Of a stretch of DNA of 64,000 bases, positions 56,745-64,000 are shown piece after piece. The notes beneath the pieces were generated by a model. That model was not told the origin of the DNA. It saw only the letters and a program-made list of their open reading frames with translations, and made no database searches. Position 1 is the stretch's first letter, and every line of letters begins with the position of its first letter. Made by a program: the position numbers and the translations under genes. The DNA is from Candidatus Hydrogenedentota bacterium (lineage in GTDB: Bacteria; Hydrogenedentota; Hydrogenedentia; Hydrogenedentales; SLHB01): contig CAVUWV010000001.1 of assembly GCA_963745075.1 (NCBI GenBank), positions 367,478-431,477 on the forward strand, given 5' to 3'.

Positions 56745-59039
56745 CTACCCGTTCGCCTTCGCCGCATTGCCGGGAACCTTGGCCTCCTTGGGGCGGAACG
56801 GTTCCCGGTAGTGGTAGAAGACCTGCATTTCGGAGGGGGTGCCGGTCACGCCCAAGGTATTGCGCGTGCGCATAGTGAGCGTGTTCAGTGCGCTCCGATG
56901 GAGCTTCCACACGAAGTGCGAGTCGGCCGGTTTCCAGCCCGTGTCGTCCACATTGATTTCGTAGGTGTCGAAGTTCGGGGTGAAACTCGTCATGTCGACG
57001 ACCACATCTTCTTCATCCTCGCCGTGCACGGCGCTGAACGAAACCTGGTTGAGCGTGGGGTAGAAGTCCGAGACCCGGTCGCTGTGGAGCGCGTACTGCA
57101 GTTTGCGTGGCGTGGCGTCGTCGTACCAGTTGAGGTATCCGTCCCACGGCCACCAGGTGGAACCCTGCGAGAGGGGCCGCGGTGTGGGGTGGGAGAAGTA
57201 GTTGTTGCGCGGCATCATGCGGAAGAAGCCCGCCAGCCTATGCTGCGGCGGCCGCTTGCTTGGGTCGGGGTTGTTGAGCCACGGCGTATACGTGGAAATC
57301 TCCAGGGGTTGCTTGATTTCGTCGAGTCCGCCGTTGGGATGGTTGCACCAGGCCGTCGGGCTCATCCAGTCGATGGGATTGTTCTTGGTCAGACCGTATT
57401 GCGCCAGGAAATACTGGTGTTGTTCGTAGATGTTGATGGGGATCCCAGTGTCGGTGTTGAATTCATAGGAATCGAACACGCTTTCCGGGTCGGCGTGCAC
57501 CCACTTGCCGAGTTCGTCCACGTACACCTCGACCGTCTCATGATTGAAGATGTTCACGTGCCGTGCCTGGTATCCCAGCGATTCCAGGGACTGGATGAAG
57601 ACAATGGAGAACTGAATGCACATGCCGCCCACCCCGCACTGGTCGCGGCGATCCAGTATGTTAAGCGCATTCCACTCGGGGTAATTCGGTAGGGGATCTC
57701 CGTGATACCACTGCTGCGAGACGTAGTGCCGCAGGATGTTGATCTTCTCGAAGTCGCCCGTTGCGTTCGCCAGGAGTTCGTCGAGATTCAAACGTTCGCG
57801 CAATTTTTTTAGTTGTGGGGTATCGGCATCTTCGTACGCGAAATTGTAGCTCGCGTAGCGCAGCCGCGGGTTTTCGCATTTCATGACATAGAAGGTATTG
57901 ACGGGCGGCACTTCAAAAGTGAGTGTGCGGTCGATCTGCGTATCCGACACCGTCGGTGTCAGCAAGGGGTTTTCGGTTCGTAATTGCGCTTCCCATTGCA
58001 TGTACCGTTTGCCGCCATTTTCCAGCGGCGCTGTAATGTCGGGACCCTCCGCGACATTGATGAAGTTGGTCCAGGCGTCGCTACTCATGTCCGGCGTATC
58101 GGAGAATCGTGCCGACCACACGAGCGCGGTGCCGTTGGGGGTCTCGCCTTTCCCGTGAAACGTGAGCTTGCTGACGCTGCATTCAGGCAAGATGGAATCG
58201 GGACCGTCCACAGAGCCTTTCCACAGATCGATGGCGGGAGAGCGCAGGAAACCGACCGGCTTGCGCCGCTCGAGATTCAGGCGGATGACGTATTCGCCGA
58301 CAACGTCATTGGTCGTGCCGAGCGCGTACTGATTCCAGTTCCGGCCGCCGTCCGTCGACTTTGCGGAGTGTTCGCCCACATGGATGGGCTGAAATCCGTA
58401 CTCCGAATTGTTGGAGTTTCCGGGAATCTGGTTGGCGCTGATCAACGCTGTATTGCCTTGGTAGGTGAACTTCCCGCCCCCGGCGTCGTACTCGTCTTCG
58501 CGCGCGATCAGGAGCCGGTACTCTTTGTCTTCGGGGGCGTCGCTGCCGACGACGATCTCATTGGGGCCGGCCTTCAGGTATTCCACCGGTATTTTCACCC
58601 AGTGCCAGTTTGGATCGTGCCAGGAGATTGGATTCCCCTCGATGCGGTGGCCGTTGACGACGAGGTAGTAGGGGGGCTGGTCTTTCGGGCTTTGCGGTTC
58701 CATATACAGCACGACATGCGCTTCGGATGCCGTCGGGTCGTCGAGCTGAATGATCTTCCTGGCAAGGACCCCCTTGTGGATACCTTCCCAGAAGGTGCCT
58801 TTCTCGCTGTATCCGGAACCGGGGCCGTCGTCTTCGAGGAGCACCAGATCGTTGAGGGCGACGTCATTGCCGTCACGCATCACGTCGAACGCGAATCCCC
58901 AGTCGTAGGCTTCCTGCGCGGTCACTTCCGTCGTCACCGCGCGTTCTACGGTTTCACTTGCGGTGGATACCGTAGCGGGGAGCAAGACTGCAATCGCTAA
59001 GACTGCCACTGTAACGTGTCGCATTCGGCGTATCTCCAT
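56745..59039 (-). CDS. Secreted protein with a transglutaminase-like domain
   Basis: Signal peptide; Cys-His-Asp motifs GGMCIQFS, NHETVEVY and KWVHADP. Confidence 0.82.
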   Translation of the reverse strand: MEIRRMRHVTVAVLAIAVLLPATVSTASETVERAVTTEVTAQEAYDWGFAFDVMRDGNDVALNDLVLLEDDGPGSGYSEKGTFWEGIHKGVLARKIIQLDDPTASEAHVVLYMEPQSPKDQPPYYLVVNGHRIEGNPISWHDPNWHWVKIPVEYLKAGPNEIVVGSDAPEDKEYRLLIAREDEYDAGGGKFTYQGNTALISANQIPGNSNNSEYGFQPIHVGEHSAKSTDGGRNWNQYALGTTNDVVGEYVIRLNLERRKPVGFLRSPAIDLWKGSVDGPDSILPECSVSKLTFHGKGETPNGTALVWSARFSDTPDMSSDAWTNFINVAEGPDITAPLENGGKRYMQWEAQLRTENPLLTPTVSDTQIDRTLTFEVPPVNTFYVMKCENPRLRYASYNFAYEDADTPQLKKLRERLNLDELLANATGDFEKINILRHYVSQQWYHGDPLPNYPEWNALNILDRRDQCGVGGMCIQFSIVFIQSLESLGYQARHVNIFNHETVEVYVDELGKWVHADPESVFDSYEFNTDTGIPINIYEQHQYFLAQYGLTKNNPIDWMSPTAWCNHPNGGLDEIKQPLEISTYTPWLNNPDPSKRPPQHRLAGFFRMMPRNNYFSHPTPRPLSQGSTWWPWDGYLNWYDDATPRKLQYALHSDRVSDFYPTLNQVSFSAVHGEDEEDVVVDMTSFTPNFDTYEINVDDTGWKPADSHFVWKLHRSALNTLTMRTRNTLGVTGTPSEMQVFYHYREPFRPKEAKVPGNAAKANG

Positions 59040-59200
59040 TGTGAAATCCGCAGACAGATTGCGTTGCGGGCGTTGCGTCAGCGGCCTTGGCCGACGAGAA
59101 CCATCCTACCACGCCGGCCACGATGTTGACACGTCGGGCGCTGCTTCGTACAGTGCCCCTTTGCACAAGCTCGTGGGACGCTTAACCGGAAGACCTTGGT

Positions 59201-60388
59201 ATGATTCAATCCCTTCGTCACAACCGGCGCACATGTCTGTGTTCGCTGATCTCCCTTTCGCTGGCCCTTGCGGTGTTCGGTGGGCCGACCTCACAAGCCG
59301 ACGGACCCAGCCGGGAACGGGTCTTAGCTACCATGGCGAAGGCTTCGGACTTCATGATGAACACAGTGTCCAATCGCGGCGGTTTCGTCTGGGCCTATAG
59401 TCTCGATCTGGAACCGTATGGCGAGTTGCCCGCGCGCAAGAGCATGATCTGGGTGGAGCCGCCGGGAACGCCCACCGTGGGGCTGATGTTTCTGGAGGCG
59501 TATCGTGCGACGGGCGATTCCATCTACCTCGACTATGCGAAGCGCGTGGCGAAACCACTGATCCTGGGGCAGCATCCGTCCGGCGGATGGCATTATTTCA
59601 TCGACTTCGACCCCGCCGGGCTTCAGGCGTACTACGACGAATTCTTCTCCAAGTGCTGGGGCTGGCAGGAATACCTCCATTATTACGGCAACTGCACCTT
59701 CGACGATTACAGCACGACCGAGCCGACGCGGTTCTTGCTTCGGCTTTACGATGTCACCCAGGATCCGGAGTTTCGTGTGCCGTTGATGAAGGCGCTGGGC
59801 CACATCCTGCGCGCGCAATATCCGAACGGCGCGTGGCCTCAGCGGTATCCCACGGGCACGTTGTTTCCGCGCGCCGATATTCCGGACTACACGCCGTTCT
59901 ACACCTTTAACGACGGGGTGATGTCCGATACCATCGATACGCTCCTGGAAGCGTACCGGACCCTCGGCGATCCGGCGTATGAGGAAGCCGCACGCCGTGG
60001 GATGGAGTTCTATCTCATCGCGCAATTGCCGGAACCGCAGGCCGGCTGGGCGCAGCAATATAGTTTCAACATGAAACCGGCCTGGGGACGGCCTTTCGAG
60101 ATTGGCACGGTCTGTGCGGGCGAGACAACGTCGTGCATTCAGGACCTCTTCACGTTCTACACGATCACCGGGGACAGCCGATTCCTGGATGCCGTTCCGC
60201 CGGCGTTGGATTGGCTGGATCGGTCGCGCATCCCCGGCGCGGAGGGGTACACGCACACGTACTATTACGAGCTCGGCACGAATCGGCCCGAATACATTCG
60301 CCAAAGCGGGGAGACCATCGACGACGTCAATGGTTATGTTGTGTGGCTGAGTTTCAGTTTACGTGTATTTGTAGAGCGAAAAATATAG
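59201..60388 (+). CDS. Pectate lyase (PL10/PelA-like), truncated at the junction near 60330
   Basis: GQHPSGGW, TFDD..T, AQYPNGAWPQRYP, TFNDGV and GWAQQY...PAWGRPFE. The last ~19 codons come from the foreign AT-rich sequence. Confidence 0.85.
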   Translation: MIQSLRHNRRTCLCSLISLSLALAVFGGPTSQADGPSRERVLATMAKASDFMMNTVSNRGGFVWAYSLDLEPYGELPARKSMIWVEPPGTPTVGLMFLEAYRATGDSIYLDYAKRVAKPLILGQHPSGGWHYFIDFDPAGLQAYYDEFFSKCWGWQEYLHYYGNCTFDDYSTTEPTRFLLRLYDVTQDPEFRVPLMKALGHILRAQYPNGAWPQRYPTGTLFPRADIPDYTPFYTFNDGVMSDTIDTLLEAYRTLGDPAYEEAARRGMEFYLIAQLPEPQAGWAQQYSFNMKPAWGRPFEIGTVCAGETTSCIQDLFTFYTITGDSRFLDAVPPALDWLDRSRIPGAEGYTHTYYYELGTNRPEYIRQSGETIDDVNGYVVWLSFSLRVFVERKI

Positions 60389-63300
60389 AAAGCGATGCTT
60401 CTGGGCCACTTACCGTAACGGGCTGCAAAAAAGATAAAATTTAAGAGTAATTTTCTGCAAAGCGCATAGCAGATGTTATCCTACAAACGGAGCAAGAAAT
60501 GGCCGAACCACTATTTGCCAAGCCATCCTTCGGCATCCAAGCAGCCAAATTGAAGAAGAATATATGACTCAACACAATAGAACTTACCGAAATAGTAGAG
60601 CTCGTCGAAACAATTCGGCGCTTTGCAGAATGGCATTGCTTTCAGATGGGTTTCAACGTCAACCATTCGAGGGCATTGGCAGCATGGCCTTCCAACTGGC
60701 ATTTCACAGATTGGAAACATTTCTCATCACCGAACTGGAAATATCAATGAAATCAGCGCCAAGGCCAGCTCCACACCATATCTACACCGGAAGACGACTT
60801 CACAAGCCCTGACATGTACCACAGTACCAGCTCCACCCGGGCATCAAAGCAAGCCGGGTGGCGGCGGCGATGCAGTTTTTGGGAGAAGATCGCGCACGCT
60901 TCACCAGATGGACGCGTCGTGGTGCCGGGCAGGCTGCAGGTGCACGCCCATCGACAAATCCTGAAGCCAAAGCCATTGCCGACGCCCGGACTATGTTCTA
61001 CGGCCCAACTTCCTATGCGCGGTGATGGAAACCAAACGCAATGCCTTTGCCATCGCCACCTCCACAGGTATCCGACCAGCCCTGCATGGCTCACGGAGAT
61101 GAACACCTTGCTCTCAGCACCACCAAAGGGCAATGGTCCTTGAACTACTAGTCAACAATTTTGCCGCCGACCCATTTGGAGCACCGACCTATGGCCATGA
61201 ACAGTCTACCGGGCCTGGAGGCTGTAACCTCTGCCGACAATCAAAACTGTCAATTTTCTACCACCTTCAATGAATCAATCCGTGGAAACGGGCCTGGCAG
61301 GGAGAGCTTGCCGGTAAAAAACCAGCTGCTCCAGCATGTATGGCCATCGATCGCGCCGTGAACAGAAACCGTGCGCCAAAGGACAAGGCATCATTGTTTT
61401 CCGGGTCATGGCCACCGACTCGGCAAACCTACACCGCTCCAGATCCATCTGAGGCGGCTGTGGAAAGCAAAAAGGAAAAAGCCGTCCTGTTTCTGCCCAA
61501 CCGCAAACATCGCCATGAACAGACACATCCAGCAGGACTTGCCCCTTCGGCAGAGGTGATGCACAAAATCCATCACAAGGAAAATGGAAAAAAGAACTCT
61601 GCAAATGTCTCTCAGCCTCTACACAGGCTGTCACTGAGGTAATAGTGAGTGAAAATTAAATATACCACAGTTCCCTCCAATTCTAGAAGTACTATTGGTG
61701 GTGGTGAGAAGCAGAAATACCCACCACCGGGCAGTCACAAAGTTCCCGCCCTGACACACAGAAGTGCTCCAATTATCTCTCCCCCACCCCCACCACCCAC
61801 CTGGCAAGGATTTGACTCCCCACCCCCAAAGAAGAAAACCAAACAAAATTAACACCAAAACCTATTTGGCCAACCTTATTGCATTACTACTCCTCAAGCA
61901 GGCATGAAACAGCTTGCTGGCTCATACAAAGTGATCCGCATCATCAACAATTTCATGAATGCCCGTCCACACTTTGCCCCAAAAGCCGGCGAAACCAACA
62001 ATACGGTAAACCGGTGAACCACGCATCTGAACACCACCAAAGAGGTTGCCGACACAAATAATCAAACGCCTACCCGACAGTGCAACCTCACTGCAACCTG
62101 GAATATGTACTCAAGAGACCAACCCATGCAAAAGCATCTGCATGGTGGCATTCAACTATACAATTCCCGGCTTTCCGGCAATGTGACCAGTACGGGAAAA
62201 GGTTCTTGGTCCCCCTTTTTTCAACCGGCCGCCGCTGCTCTCGGCGTACACCAATCCATGCAAAAGTCAAATCACCCTGTCGAACCAACAGATCCAAATC
62301 CTCCACCCTAATTCCCTTCATCAGAAAGCAATCCCATACCCGGCCCCCGGATGCAACTGAAATGTTGCCACCATGAATGAAACGATGACAGCCTCTCAAA
62401 GCTCAACGAGCATGAGGCCCTGGCCAAAAAGGCCAACAGAAGAAAGATTTCAGCAAACTCATTACCCCGCGAGATGAACTCTACCTCACTGAAAAGATGG
62501 CCACTCACAACCCAAAGGTGGACCCATAAGCGAAAGTAAATGAACATTTTTCGCCATCCAATCATGACTCAGAAGGATGCGAAACTTCATCTGATAACGC
62601 CACAGTAGTGTTCCTATACTTTTTAGGTGATAGTTCCACAGTTGTCAAAGTCCATAACGGGTAACACCAAAAATAAAATGTAATGATTCCCAATGGTGAA
62701 CCCGTTATACGGCAAGACATTGATGGCAGGCAAAAGCAAAAGCTGCCGCCTGAAGTTGGTGAAGCAAAGGTACCCAAAGGGTTGCCGACCCAAATTTTAT
62801 GCTCCGCTCTTGTCATCGGCTTTGCAATACCCAAAGGAGGTGTTGCTGCTGGGTATGAAAATGAACGAGCTCCGCTTGCACCCAACCATCAAAATATTTC
62901 CAGTCTCCGGCTTTGATTGCAACAAACGGAAACCCACCCTATAGATCTACATGAAGCATGTGAAAAGTCACAAAAACAGGCATTGTTACAGGATATAACA
63001 TTTCAATGTCCAGACGATGGGTCTCCACTTCAAGGGGATGTGTACAAGCAATGATGATGGCCAACAACAATTCGAACTGCCTACCCCAGTGCAAAACTCT
63101 CTCCCGAACGGCAATGTGGGGGAAATGAGTATAAGTTACAAATCTTAAAGCTTCCTGCCTAATAAAAGAGCTATAGATCAAAATGTAAAGTTGAACCCCT
63201 GAAGCAGTATCACCCCTTTTTTTTTTTTTTTTTTATTTTCAGAAAGCCTCATCAAATACAAGGCAATCTGAATTCCTCATCCCATTGGCAGATGAGAATT

Positions 63301-64000
63301 GGATGACATATATATAAGGAGCTCACATGGTGTCAAAAGGCATGCATTACCCCCACATTCACCAGCCTGCTGTTGCTCAGGGCACCAAAAGAGCAGATGT
63401 ACACACTTTGTTGCCCAGCTTGTCATCGATCTGCTTGCAACTGGAAAGCACAATACAGTGAACAAATTCCAACAACTACAACTTCGATGAAATCAAACAT
63501 TTTCAAGCTGATGTTAAAGCAAAAAACGAATATCAATGCGCTCCTTCAGATATCTCAACTTCAAAAACCAGCAGCCACTTCCACAAGCACTTTTTATATC
63601 AATACACTGTTCATCAAATATTTCACAACTCAGATATCCACATCCAACTCAATCAGATGACATATCCAAACACCACCAACCATCTTGTTCAGGGGGTGGT
63701 GGTGGTTCACTCAAAATTTCCGTCGTCGTCGCCGCACTCGCAATATCTTGCTGCTGGCAATTCATGAAAACATTGGTTTCACAGATCTTGGCAGGATTCA
63801 TTGGATCACGGTCTGCGGACAGTGCTCCGCTATGACCAGCACCACCCCAAACCAGCATGTCGATGCCCACAGATAACAATCCAAATGTCCAGCACCAAGG
63901 CAACTCAATTCCTTGAAATGATCTTGTATCCCACCATGAAACAAAACCAGCCACGCCATGCCCATGGATCACCTGGATAGTTTCCAAATTGGCCGATATC
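60331..64000. other. Compositionally foreign, eukaryote-like DNA (probable chimeric join)
   Basis: Abrupt GC drop, no long ORFs or RBS-linked genes, CpG scarcity with CA/TG excess, T18 tract followed by ATTTTCAG. Confidence 0.8.

Noticed and set aside
60564..63987. Short ORFs in the AT-rich tail as bacterial genes
   Set aside because: All are under 130 aa, lack RBSs and recognisable motifs, and are scattered across frames.

Overview
Bases 1 to ~60,330 are GC-rich bacterial DNA (roughly 60% by eye). The gene content (BACON-like GCP lipoprotein, Tat-exported Gfo/Idh/MocA proteins, sialidase-like and GH2 enzymes) suggests a Hydrogenedentota/PVC-like polysaccharide degrader; this taxonomy is inference only. 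From left to right: (1) a glycerophosphodiesterase and a membrane protein; (2) an isolated phage-terminase-like gene pair (HGGxSTG protein plus terminase large subunit) with no other phage genes, loaded with several repeat families and sitting on a sharp C-rich to G-rich strand-skew flip, followed by a DUF4160/DUF2442 toxin-antitoxin-like pair; (3) a sugar ABC transporter, a PilZ-receiver protein, an RlmI-like methyltransferase and tRNA-Ala(GGC); (4) decayed cassette-like ORFs with attC-like sites; (5) a copper/silver efflux island (histidine kinase, sigma-54 activator, cytochrome c, triple YHS/TRASH protein, CusB/CusA/TolC, small His-rich secreted protein, YncE-like propeller) with four sigma-54 promoters and a shared palindromic enhancer candidate; (6) carbohydrate-use genes, a VIT-vWA protein with an adjacent exosortase K, birA-pyc, an SSS transporter plus FAD oxidoreductase, a transglutaminase-like protein and a PL10-like pectate lyase. 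At ~60,330 the lyase is cut off and the sequence switches to AT-richer, CpG-poor, ORF-poor, eukaryote-like DNA, most likely a chimeric join. Several frameshifts may be sequencing errors. All calls come from motif recognition by eye; no searches were run.
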